From: an uncultured Clostridia bacterium
Lineage (GTDB): Bacteria > Bacillota > Clostridia > Christensenellales > CALMFG01
Reading direction: 5' to 3'
DNA: 43,255 bases
Assembly (NCBI GenBank): GCA_937863465.1
Contig: CALMFG010000188.1
Location: 1-43,255, forward strand
Shown: positions 30,205-39,432 of the stretch, in pieces
Numbering within the stretch: position 1 is the stretch's first letter
Layout of the letters: every line of letters begins with the position of its first letter
The notes under the pieces: model-generated
What the model saw: the letters and a program-made list of their open reading frames with translations, nothing else
Told to the model about the DNA's origin: nothing
The model's database searches: none
Program-made: the position numbers and the translations under genes

Positions 30205-31488
30205 ATGAAGTTTCGCAATGCACTATTGCTCATTGCAATCATTGCAATCGTCGGCGGACTCATATTCATCGGCATTACGGGCGCTCACTTTGGCATCTAC
30301 AAAGTCGATCCGCTGTATAAGCAGGTGAACCTGGGCCTTGACCTGACCGGCGGTGCGTATGTTGTATATGAAGTAGATAATCCGGACCAGGTTGATGACC
30401 TGGACTCAAAGATTGAAGGCACGATGACCGTGTTCCGAAACCGTCTGGACGCCAAGGGCTTCACCGAAGCGACGATTGCCCAGCAGGGAACCGATCGTAT
30501 TCGTGTGGAAGTGCCGTTCAACTCGGAAGACGGACAGGGCGCAGACCCGAACATGATCAGCGAAGTTCTGGGCAAAGCGGCCAAGCTGACCATTGTGACC
30601 CCAGACGGGGATGTGGTGGTTGAAGGCGACGAGATGGTCTCGGCTGTTGCACAGCAAGGCTATTCCGACACCGGCGTGCTCCAGTATCAGGTGGCGTTTA
30701 AGCTTTCCAGTGAAGCAGCCACAAAATTCGCTGAAGCGACTCAGAAATACCTCGGCCAGGCATTGTCCATCTATGTGGATGATACCATGATTTCTTCACC
30801 CACTGTTGAAGGCGTTATCGCTGGCGGCGAAGGCGTCATCACGGGAAGCTTCACATCGGAAGAAGCCATCGATTTGGCCATCCAGATTGAATCTGGTGCA
30901 TTGCCGCTTGAACTACACGAAATTGAACAGCGGTCGATTTCAGCCACGCTGGGTGTGGATGCGCTCTCCAAGAGCCTCTTTGCCGGCGCCATCGGCATCG
31001 CGATTCTGTTCCTGTTTATGATTGTATACTATCGTCTGCCCGGCCTTATCGCCGATATGGCGCTGGTCATCTATATGTTCATCCTGCTGCTCCTGCTTTC
31101 AACAATCAAAGGCATCCAGCTGACATTGCCAGGTATTGCAGGTATCATCCTCTCCATCGGTATGGCGGTGGATGCGAACGTTATCATCTTTGAGCGATTC
31201 AAAGAGGAGCTGCGGTTGGGTAAATCCTTACGCACATCGCTGACGAGTGGATATCATAAAGCGTTGAGAACGATTCTCGATTCGAATATCACCACCATAC
31301 TCGCGGCGGTTGTTCTGATGATTTTCGGCAAAGGCGTGATCAAAAGCTTTGCCTATACGCTCACACTCGGTATTATCGTTTCAATGTTTACCGCGCTCTT
31401 CGTCACGCGCTGGTTCTTAAGACTGTTTATGAATATCGGTATCAAGAACAAAGTGCTGTATGGCGGAAGGAGGGTTGAAAATGACTAG
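30205..31488 (+). CDS. secD: Protein translocase subunit SecD
   Basis: LGLDLTGG, SGALP, GMAVDANVIIFER and DSNITT motifs; AGGAGG RBS. Confidence 0.96.
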   Translation: MKFRNALLLIAIIAIVGGLIFIGITGAHFGIYKVDPLYKQVNLGLDLTGGAYVVYEVDNPDQVDDLDSKIEGTMTVFRNRLDAKGFTEATIAQQGTDRIRVEVPFNSEDGQGADPNMISEVLGKAAKLTIVTPDGDVVVEGDEMVSAVAQQGYSDTGVLQYQVAFKLSSEAATKFAEATQKYLGQALSIYVDDTMISSPTVEGVIAGGEGVITGSFTSEEAIDLAIQIESGALPLELHEIEQRSISATLGVDALSKSLFAGAIGIAILFLFMIVYYRLPGLIADMALVIYMFILLLLLSTIKGIQLTLPGIAGIILSIGMAVDANVIIFERFKEELRLGKSLRTSLTSGYHKALRTILDSNITTILAAVVLMIFGKGVIKSFAYTLTLGIIVSMFTALFVTRWFLRLFMNIGIKNKVLYGGRRVEND

Positions 31489-32413
31489 ATTTAAAGTGGT
31501 TTCCAAAGCAAAATACTTTATTTCGGCCTCCATTATCGTCATCCTGATTGGTGTCGGTTTTGGCTTGTTTAACGGAATCAACCTTGGCATCGACTTTACC
31601 GGCGGCACACTGATGACCATTGAACTCGGTCAGGAATTTGATGTTGCGGATATCAATGAAGTGCTGGTTGCCAATGGCATTAAAGACGCGCCGGTTGTTA
31701 AAACCAGCGAGGAAGCCGGAAGCGCCATGACGCAGGCGCAGATTCGGATTAAGAATGTGGACGGCGTTAAAACGGAAGAATTGCGTACTGCCATTCTGGA
31801 CGGTTTACAGGAAAAATATCCTGACGCGGTCGTTTTCGACGGTGAAACAATCGGCGGAGTCACCAGTTCGGAGATTATCACCAACGCCATCCTTTCGGTG
31901 GTTATCGCTTCGGCACTGATGCTGGTATACATCTGGATTCGTTTTGAACTGTTTTCGGGCATCGCGGCGGTGGTCGCGCTGGTTCATGATATTCTCATCA
32001 TGTCGTCGATTATGATCATCTTCCACAAGCAGGTGAACAGCCCGTACATCGCGGCCGTTCTGACCATTGTGGGTTATTCCATCAACGACACCATCGTGCT
32101 GTTTGACCGTATTCGTGAAAACAACCGAATCTACTCGCACGCGGAATATACCCGCGCGGAAGTGGCGGACATCTCGTTTAACGAGACGCTGTCCAGAACG
32201 CTGAATACTTCGCTGACCACACTCATGACCATCACCTGTGTGTACATCTTCGGTGTGGACTCCATCAAGGAATTCGCTTTCCCACTCATCGTGGGTCTCA
32301 TCAGCGGAACGTACTCGTCTATTTTCATCGCTGCGCCAATTTGGGTATGGCTGATGAATCGTTCGCTTAAGAAACTTGGCATCAAGCAGAAGACCAAAGT
32401 TAAAAAAGCGTAA
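31481..32413 (+). CDS. secF: Protein translocase subunit SecF
   Basis: GIDFTGG, GYSINDTIVLFDRIREN and RTLNTS motifs; ATG 31481 after GGAGG. Confidence 0.96.
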   Translation: MTRFKVVSKAKYFISASIIVILIGVGFGLFNGINLGIDFTGGTLMTIELGQEFDVADINEVLVANGIKDAPVVKTSEEAGSAMTQAQIRIKNVDGVKTEELRTAILDGLQEKYPDAVVFDGETIGGVTSSEIITNAILSVVIASALMLVYIWIRFELFSGIAAVVALVHDILIMSSIMIIFHKQVNSPYIAAVLTIVGYSINDTIVLFDRIRENNRIYSHAEYTRAEVADISFNETLSRTLNTSLTTLMTITCVYIFGVDSIKEFAFPLIVGLISGTYSSIFIAAPIWVWLMNRSLKKLGIKQKTKVKKA

Positions 32414-32435
32414 AAAAGATTAAAAAGTTATGAAA

Positions 32436-32469
32436 AAAAGCCTTTCCGTATACTATCGGGAAGGCTTTT
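32436..32469 (+). terminator. Hairpin, probable terminator after secF
   Basis: AAAAGCCTTTCCG-8 nt-CGGGAAGGCTTTT. Confidence 0.7.
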
Positions 32470-32504
32470 CTGATATGATTTAAGAGAGCGAAAAGAAGGT
32501 CCGC

Positions 32505-34892
32505 ATGATTAAATCGAGATATGAGTTTTCGAAAAACGATATGGAGATCGCCGCGGCACTGGGCAAGTCCCTGGATTTGCCGAATGCGGTGGCGCTTCTG
32601 TTGCTGCGTCAGGGCGTTCGGACGCCGGCGGAGGCACAGTCTTTCTTCTCGCCGAGTTTTAATGACCTGCATGACCCGTTTCTCATGAAGAACATGACCG
32701 AATCGGTCGAGCAGATTCGCTTGAATCTGAGTGCAGGCAAAAAAATCGCGGTGTTCTGCGATTATGATGTGGACGGCACGTCGGCATGCAGCATCCTGTA
32801 CTTCTATTTTAAAAAAATCGGTGTGACGATCGATTACTATACGCCCGACCGGAACAACGACGGTTACGGGCTTAACGCGTCGGCCGTAAAAGAGATTGTG
32901 GACGCGGGCACCGATCTCGTCATCACGGTGGACTGCGGCATCACGAATGTGGCCGAAACCGCTATGCTGACCGATGCGGGCGTCACAGTCATCGTCACCG
33001 ACCATCATGAATGCGGCGAAGTTCTGCCGGATACGCCGTATATCTTAAACCCAAAACAGCCCGGGTGCCCATACCCATATGATTTTCTTTCGGGCGCAGG
33101 CATCGCGTTTAAGCTGGTGCAGGCGCTGGGCGGCCGGGACGCGATGGATGTCATCGATTATGCGGCACTGGGCACGGTGGCGGATATTGTGCCGCTGACC
33201 GGCGAAAACCGCATCATCGCCAAACTGGGTCTTGAAAAGATGAACACGGCTTTGTCACCGGGGCTGAAGCTATTGCGGCCGTATGTGCTGCCCGACAATA
33301 AGGCCATCGACGAGTATCATATCGGATTCGGGTTCGGCCCGCGCATCAATGCCGCGGGACGTATGGAATCGGCGCACTTGGCGCTGGATATGATGCTGGC
33401 CGAAAACGAGACGCCCCAGGCCAAAAAAGCGGCCGAGCGGCTGAACAGCCTCAACGACGAACGAAAAGATATCTGTGACGGCATCGTTTTAGAAGCGATG
33501 ACGCAGGTGATTAAAGAAAATTCGCTGAAAGAACCCGGCGCCATCTTTGTGATCGGCGATTGGGAGCCCGGCGTGGTGGGCATCTGCGCTTCACGTATCG
33601 CCGCGCGATTTGGACGTCCGGTGCTGGTCTTTGCCAGAAAAGGCGATGAAGCGGTGTGCTCGGCGCGAAGCATCGATGCCGTCAACATCTATGATGTGCT
33701 GAATAATTTCAACGAATATTATACCAAATTCGGCGGGCATCATATGGCGGCGGGGCTGACCATTCAGACCCGCGACTATGAGACGCTGAAAGAAAAAGTC
33801 AACCGACATCTGGCCGAGCAGTACGGCGAGGATGTGTTTATTCCGGCCGTTACGTACGATATCGAAGTGAAAGGCAATTTGTCAGAGAAATTTGCCGAAG
33901 CGGTGACACGGCTTGCGCCCTACGGTACCGAGAACCCCAAACCGCGGCTGTTGTTCCGCGACAGGGCGGTGCGACAGAAGAATTACTTCGGGAAAACCGG
34001 GCGGTCGCACTTTAAATTTAACCTCAACGAAAACGGCCAGCCGCTGTCCGCCATCAAGTTTTTCTACGACGAGAAGGACGACGCCATCGTGCGCGCCGAT
34101 GTAATCGGCAGTGTCAACATCAGCGATTACATGGGGCGGCCTGAAATCTTTGTCGAGTACATGGAATCGACTGATTTGGATGAATATATGGTCATGCCGG
34201 CCTTTGCTTATGAGCGGGCACTGGAAAATCTCACCGCGATATTGGATGGGTCAGGAAACGGCGGGAAGCCAGTGGATTTAGATGAATGCATGGCAACCAT
34301 CCAGGCGCAGGTGAAAAAAAGCCCGTTCGGGCTGGCGGTGCGGGTGGAGGACATTTTCCAGTATCGATTGCTGGCGACCCACCGCGAGATGAAAACGCTG
34401 ATTGCGGATGGGAAATTGCTCATTAAAATGGCCAACGAGTACCATGTACCGCTGAACGCGGTGGTGTTCAGTGAAAAGGACTTTCTTGCCTTAAAGCCCT
34501 ACCGCGAAGTGATGTCGTTCTCGCCCAAAGCGCAGAATTTCGGCGAAAGCAGAACGACTGTTATGTCCGTAAAAGAACTGAACGATTTATATCGGGAAAA
34601 AGGCAAGCGGTTTTATGTGGACAAGAAAGACATGGCGGCGGTGTTCGGCTGGCTGAAGCAGAACGAAAAGGACGAGCGAAAGCACCCGAACAAAGAAACG
34701 CTTTATGCGGAGATGGCCAGAGAAACGGGGCTTGCCGTGGAACAGGCAGTATCGGGAATTGCGGTTCTGGATGCGCTACGATTGATAGATATCGAAAAAT
34801 CTGATAGTATTATAATCAAAATTGTTCCTCAAGACGAAAAGAAAGACTTAAGCGACGCCGCGGTGTATGCGGCGCTGCAGAGGCTGAAATAA
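32505..34892 (+). CDS. recJ: ssDNA exonuclease RecJ with C-terminal extension
   Basis: DYDVDG, TVDCG, TDHH, PRINAAGR and GGHHMAAG motifs. Confidence 0.95.
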   Translation: MIKSRYEFSKNDMEIAAALGKSLDLPNAVALLLLRQGVRTPAEAQSFFSPSFNDLHDPFLMKNMTESVEQIRLNLSAGKKIAVFCDYDVDGTSACSILYFYFKKIGVTIDYYTPDRNNDGYGLNASAVKEIVDAGTDLVITVDCGITNVAETAMLTDAGVTVIVTDHHECGEVLPDTPYILNPKQPGCPYPYDFLSGAGIAFKLVQALGGRDAMDVIDYAALGTVADIVPLTGENRIIAKLGLEKMNTALSPGLKLLRPYVLPDNKAIDEYHIGFGFGPRINAAGRMESAHLALDMMLAENETPQAKKAAERLNSLNDERKDICDGIVLEAMTQVIKENSLKEPGAIFVIGDWEPGVVGICASRIAARFGRPVLVFARKGDEAVCSARSIDAVNIYDVLNNFNEYYTKFGGHHMAAGLTIQTRDYETLKEKVNRHLAEQYGEDVFIPAVTYDIEVKGNLSEKFAEAVTRLAPYGTENPKPRLLFRDRAVRQKNYFGKTGRSHFKFNLNENGQPLSAIKFFYDEKDDAIVRADVIGSVNISDYMGRPEIFVEYMESTDLDEYMVMPAFAYERALENLTAILDGSGNGGKPVDLDECMATIQAQVKKSPFGLAVRVEDIFQYRLLATHREMKTLIADGKLLIKMANEYHVPLNAVVFSEKDFLALKPYREVMSFSPKAQNFGESRTTVMSVKELNDLYREKGKRFYVDKKDMAAVFGWLKQNEKDERKHPNKETLYAEMARETGLAVEQAVSGIAVLDALRLIDIEKSDSIIIKIVPQDEKKDLSDAAVYAALQRLK
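34782..34816 (+). promoter_or_regulatory. Putative internal promoter for rel within the recJ 3' end
   Basis: TTGATA-17 bp-TAGTAT with extended TG, immediately followed by TATAAT, in a locally AT-rich stretch. Confidence 0.45.
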
Positions 34893-34894
34893 AT

Positions 34895-37048
34895 ATGGAA
34901 GATCTTTTAAAAAAAGCGAAAGAAACCTACGGTTCGGATGCGAACTACGCGCTGCTGGAAAAAGCGTTTAAAGTAGCCAAGGAGGCGCACGAGGGGCAGG
35001 TGCGCCTTTCGGGCGAGCCCTATTTTGTGCACCCTTACGAAGTCGCCAACATCCTGATGGATCTGGGTCTGGACGTGATGACCGTGGCGGCAGGTCTTCT
35101 GCACGACGTGATGGAGGACACCACGATTACGTCCGATGAGCTGGGACGCGAATTCGGTTCGGAAGTGCTGTATTTGGTGGACGGCGTGACCAAGCTGACG
35201 CAGGTGGACTATAAATCCCGCGAAGAGCGGCAGGCCGAAAGCTTCCGCAAGATGTTTTTGGCCATGGCCAAGGACATCCGTGTCATCATCATCAAGTTAG
35301 CCGACCGCCTGCACAATATGCGCACATTAAAGTTCCAGTCACCCGACAAGCAGATTGAAAAAGCGCGTGAGACTATTGAAATCTATGCGCCGCTGGCCAA
35401 CCGACTGGGCATCAACACCATCAAATGGGAACTGGAAGACCTGTCCTTAAAATATCTGGAACCCGAAATCTACTACTCCATCGTCGATCAGCTGAAATCC
35501 ACTCGCGCCGAGCGCGAAGCCTATATCAACCAGATTATCACGCAGATTCGGACGCGCCTGAAAGTGATGCGCATTCCGGCCGACATTGCGGGCCGACCCA
35601 AGCATATCTACAGCATCTACAACAAGATGATCAACAAGGACATCGAGTTTGAGGATGTCTACGACAAGGTGGCGGTTCGCTGTATTGTGAAAAACATCAA
35701 GGACTGCTACGGGGTCCTGGGCATTCTGCATACCATGTGGAAACCGATTCCGGGGCGGTTCAAGGACTATATCGCCGTACCTAAAAAGAATATGTACCAG
35801 TCCCTGCACACCACGCTGCTGGGCGACGAAGGCCGTCCGTTCGAGGTGCAGATTCGAACCGAAGAGATGCACAAGCAGGCCGAGTACGGTATCGCCGCGC
35901 ACTGGAAGTATAAAGAAGGAAAAGAGACCGAGAGTGATCTTGACGAGAAGCTGACCTGGGTTCGGGAGCTATTAGAAGTCAACGACGAGTTTAAGGACTC
36001 CAAAGAGTTTTTGGAATCCTTAAAGATTGACCTGTACCAGAACGAGGTATTTGTCTTTACGCCCAAGGGCGACGTCAAGGACTTCCCCAAAGGCGCTACG
36101 CCGCTGGACTTCGCCTACGCCATCCACTCGGAGGTGGGCAACAAATGCACGGGCGCCAAGGTCAATGAAAAAATCGTACCGCTGGATTATGAGCTGAATA
36201 CCGGCGATATCGTTTCCATCATCACCTCGCCGAATAAGACGCCCAGCCGCGACTGGCTGAAAATTGTCAAGACTCATCAGGCGCGGTCCAAGATTCGTCA
36301 GTGGTTCAGAAAAGAGCTGAAAGATGAGAACATCGAGAAGGGCCACGATATGCTGGCTGAAGAAGCCAAGCGGCGCGGCTACCAGCTGAAGAACCTCGTG
36401 AAGCCCGAATGGGTGAAGGGTATCTTCAAACGATTTATGCTGAACTCGGTAGAGGATATGTACGCGGCCGTGGGCTACGGCGGCATCACCACCAAACAGA
36501 TTCTAACGCGTCTGATTGCGCTGTATGACAAGGAAAATCCGACTGAGCCCCCGGTTCATGACGAAAAGACGCTGGAACACAACCGAAACAAGCAGGCGAC
36601 AGGCGACGGCGTCACCGTGAAAGGCGAATCGGGCATGCTGATTCGCTATGCCAAATGCTGTACGCCGGTGCCGGGCGACGAAATTATCGGCTACATCACG
36701 CGCGGACGCGGGGTTTCGGTGCACCGTAAGGACTGCCCGAACATCAACGAAGTGGATTTTGAGACCGGACGCATCATTGAAGTGGAATGGGCGGGCGAAG
36801 AGCGGCCCTTCTACAATATCGATATCGAGATTCGCGGGGACGACCGTAACGGCCTTCTGTCCGACATCACCCAGCTGATGTATAACTTAAACTATTCCAT
36901 CATGACGGTCAACGCGCGCCGCCAGAAGGGAAAAGAGACGGTCATCGAGATGGGGCTGGTGGTCTCCAACACCAAGGACTTAAAGCTGATTACCGGCAAG
37001 CTAAAAGGCATCAACGGAGTGCACGACGTGTACCGTATCAATAAATAG
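34895..37048 (+). CDS. relA: Bifunctional (p)ppGpp synthetase/hydrolase Rel
   Basis: R.SGEPY..HP, LLHD, KLADRLHNMRT, YQSLHT and EVQIRT motifs, TGS domain, CC..PGD, ACT domain. Confidence 0.97.
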   Translation: MEDLLKKAKETYGSDANYALLEKAFKVAKEAHEGQVRLSGEPYFVHPYEVANILMDLGLDVMTVAAGLLHDVMEDTTITSDELGREFGSEVLYLVDGVTKLTQVDYKSREERQAESFRKMFLAMAKDIRVIIIKLADRLHNMRTLKFQSPDKQIEKARETIEIYAPLANRLGINTIKWELEDLSLKYLEPEIYYSIVDQLKSTRAEREAYINQIITQIRTRLKVMRIPADIAGRPKHIYSIYNKMINKDIEFEDVYDKVAVRCIVKNIKDCYGVLGILHTMWKPIPGRFKDYIAVPKKNMYQSLHTTLLGDEGRPFEVQIRTEEMHKQAEYGIAAHWKYKEGKETESDLDEKLTWVRELLEVNDEFKDSKEFLESLKIDLYQNEVFVFTPKGDVKDFPKGATPLDFAYAIHSEVGNKCTGAKVNEKIVPLDYELNTGDIVSIITSPNKTPSRDWLKIVKTHQARSKIRQWFRKELKDENIEKGHDMLAEEAKRRGYQLKNLVKPEWVKGIFKRFMLNSVEDMYAAVGYGGITTKQILTRLIALYDKENPTEPPVHDEKTLEHNRNKQATGDGVTVKGESGMLIRYAKCCTPVPGDEIIGYITRGRGVSVHRKDCPNINEVDFETGRIIEVEWAGEERPFYNIDIEIRGDDRNGLLSDITQLMYNLNYSIMTVNARRQKGKETVIEMGLVVSNTKDLKLITGKLKGINGVHDVYRINK

Positions 37049-37064
37049 GGGCGGACAAAGCGGA

Positions 37065-37520
37065 ATGAAAGCGGTGATACAGCGGGTCAAATCGGCCAGC
37101 GTCAAAATAGCCGGCGAGACGGTCGGCGAGATCGGACAGGGCTTTCTGGTTTTACTGGGCATTGAAAACGACGATACTCAGGAAGACGCCGATTATATCG
37201 TGAAGAAAACCGTGGGCTTGCGCGTTTTCAGCGACGAAGCGGACAAGATGAACCTTTCAGTATCGGAGATTGACGGCGAAATTCTGCTGGTTTCGCAGTT
37301 CACGCTGATTGCCGACACACGAAAGGGCAACCGGCCTTCGTTTATCGGCGCCATGTCGCCGGATAAATCGGAACCGTTTTTCCAAAGCATCATCGCGGAC
37401 TTTAAGGCGGCCTACCCGAAGATTGAGACCGGCAGGTTCGGTGCGGATATGGCGGTTTCGCTCATTAACGACGGACCGGTCACCATCTGTCTGGATTCTC
37501 ACATCAGGAGAAAAGAATGA
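37065..37520 (+). CDS. dtd: D-aminoacyl-tRNA deacylase
   Basis: MKAVIQRV, SQFTL, GNRPSF and NDGPVT motifs. Confidence 0.97.
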   Translation: MKAVIQRVKSASVKIAGETVGEIGQGFLVLLGIENDDTQEDADYIVKKTVGLRVFSDEADKMNLSVSEIDGEILLVSQFTLIADTRKGNRPSFIGAMSPDKSEPFFQSIIADFKAAYPKIETGRFGADMAVSLINDGPVTICLDSHIRRKE

Positions 37521-38143
37521 ACATCATCTGTATACAGACCGGCGATCTCATGGTGAACACCTATCTTTGCCATAACGAGACCTCCAAGGAAACCGTCATC
37601 ATCGATCCGGGCGGCTCTTATCATAAGATTAAGCACGTTTTGGACGAATATGGCCTCGAGCCGAAAGCGGTGCTTCTGACGCACGGGCACTTTGACCATA
37701 TCGGCGCGATGGAGCAGATTCGAGAAAGCTATGATGTGACGGTATTCGTCCATTCGGCCGACGCGGGGATGCTGACCGACAGCACGGCCAATATGTCCAC
37801 CTTTTTCTACTCCAAAGCGGTGATGTGCACCCCGCCCGATCAGACGCTGGAAGACGGTCAGGAACTGATGCTCTGCGGGATGAGTTTCAAGGTGCTCCAT
37901 ACGCCGGGGCATTCGCCGGGTTCGGTAATTTATCTGGCAGAAGGGCTGGCGTTTACCGGCGATACGCTGTTCTGCCGTTCGGTCGGACGCACCGATTTTC
38001 TGGGATGCGACCCCGCGGCCATGAACGCGTCGCTGGAGAGAATTAAGAAGATGATACCCAGAGAAACCAAACTGTTTCCGGGGCACGGCAGCGAGAGCAC
38101 CATGACCGAGGAACTGGAAGAAAACATATACTTAAATCAATAG
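37517..38143 (+). CDS. MBL-fold metallo-hydrolase (glyoxalase II-like)
   Basis: THGHFDHIG, TPGHSPG, GDTLF and PGHG motifs. Confidence 0.92.
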   Translation: MNIICIQTGDLMVNTYLCHNETSKETVIIDPGGSYHKIKHVLDEYGLEPKAVLLTHGHFDHIGAMEQIRESYDVTVFVHSADAGMLTDSTANMSTFFYSKAVMCTPPDQTLEDGQELMLCGMSFKVLHTPGHSPGSVIYLAEGLAFTGDTLFCRSVGRTDFLGCDPAAMNASLERIKKMIPRETKLFPGHGSESTMTEELEENIYLNQ

Positions 38144-38160
38144 ACAAAGAGGGAAGACAC

Positions 38161-38832
38161 TTGGGGAAATTGACCATTGCGCTGGACGGTCCGGCAGGTT
38201 CGGGGAAATCCAGCGTCGCCAAGCAGATTGCAAAAACACTGGGTATTCTTTACTTGGATACCGGCGCCATGTACCGCGCTGTCGGGTATGATATACTAAA
38301 AAAGGGCATCGATCCGCTGGACAGAGAACGGGTTGAAAGTGCGATGAAAGACATCGATGTTTTAATCCGCTTTATCGACGGCCAGCAGCAGGTGTGGGTA
38401 AACGGGGAGGACGTGACGGGAAAAATCCGTACGCCCGAAATCTCCAAAGCTGCGTCGGACGTGTCGGCGCATCCGGCCGTACGCATGGCTATGGTCGAGC
38501 TACAGCGCGAAACCAGCGAGCAGTACGACATGATACTGGACGGAAGAGACATTGGCACATTTGTTCTGCCAAACGCCGAGTTTAAGTTCTATCTGGTTGC
38601 TTCGTGCGAGGAGCGGGCCAGAAGGCGGCATAAAGAGCTGGCCGAGCGCGGGATAGATCGTCCGCTTTCCGAAATTCAGCGTGAGATGGAACAACGGGAT
38701 TACAACGATTCACACCGTGCGCTGGCGCCTTTAAAACAGGCCGAGGACGCCGTCCTGATCGATTCGACGGCGATGACGATTGATGAAGTGGCCAGACAGA
38801 TTATAGACACAATCAAGGGGGAAGTGAAATGA
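38161..38832 (+). CDS. cmk: Cytidylate kinase
   Basis: DGPAGSGKS, LDTGAMYR and DGRDIGT motifs; TTG start after AGAGGG. Confidence 0.96.
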   Translation: MGKLTIALDGPAGSGKSSVAKQIAKTLGILYLDTGAMYRAVGYDILKKGIDPLDRERVESAMKDIDVLIRFIDGQQQVWVNGEDVTGKIRTPEISKAASDVSAHPAVRMAMVELQRETSEQYDMILDGRDIGTFVLPNAEFKFYLVASCEERARRRHKELAERGIDRPLSEIQREMEQRDYNDSHRALAPLKQAEDAVLIDSTAMTIDEVARQIIDTIKGEVK

Positions 38833-39419
38833 ATGCGTTATACTGGGTGGCAAAACATATTGCGGCGGTGCTCAACCGATGCGTTTTCTTCTTACGCGTG
38901 AAGGGCAGAGAAAACACAGACAACAAGGGACGCGTGATGATTATTTCCAATCACGTTTCATGGTTTGACCCTGTCATGCTGGGCGGATTATTTAAACGCA
39001 AGATTCACTATATCGCCAAAGCCGAATTATTCAAAAGCAAGGTGTCGGCTTACCTGTTGTCCCGACTGGGCGCTTTTCCGGTGGCCAGAGGGCAGGGGGA
39101 TTACGGCGCGATTAAGAAGTCTTTCGAGATTTTGAAAGAAGACAAGTGCCTCGGTATTTTCCCCGAAGGCACGCGATACGAAAAAGGCGAGATGGGCGAG
39201 TTCCAGCGCGGTGCGGCGGCGATTGCATTGCAGATGGATGCCAAGATTATACCGGTCTATTTCATGGGTGAGTTTAAAGCCTTCCGTCAGATCAAGGTCA
39301 TCATCGGCAAAGCGTTTTCTTTAAAGGATATGCTGAACCCCAAGGACAAGACCGCGGTGGATGAAGGCACACGGATTTTAAAAGATACACTGCTCCGGCT
39401 GAAACAGGAGCTGGGCTGA
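38829..39419 (+). CDS. plsC: 1-acyl-sn-glycerol-3-phosphate acyltransferase
   Basis: NHVSWFD and FPEGTR motifs. Confidence 0.9.
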   Translation: MNALYWVAKHIAAVLNRCVFFLRVKGRENTDNKGRVMIISNHVSWFDPVMLGGLFKRKIHYIAKAELFKSKVSAYLLSRLGAFPVARGQGDYGAIKKSFEILKEDKCLGIFPEGTRYEKGEMGEFQRGAAAIALQMDAKIIPVYFMGEFKAFRQIKVIIGKAFSLKDMLNPKDKTAVDEGTRILKDTLLRLKQELG

Positions 39420-39432
39420 CAGGGAGAAAAAA

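Noticed and set aside
32401-32430. TAAAAAAG-like unit three times at 10-bp period
   Set aside because: Low-complexity sequence around Lys codons and the secF stop; too short to call a repeat element.
34150-34892. Long RecJ C-terminal extension as a novel fusion
   Set aside because: C-terminal extensions are usual for Bacillota RecJ and no separate catalytic motif is visible.
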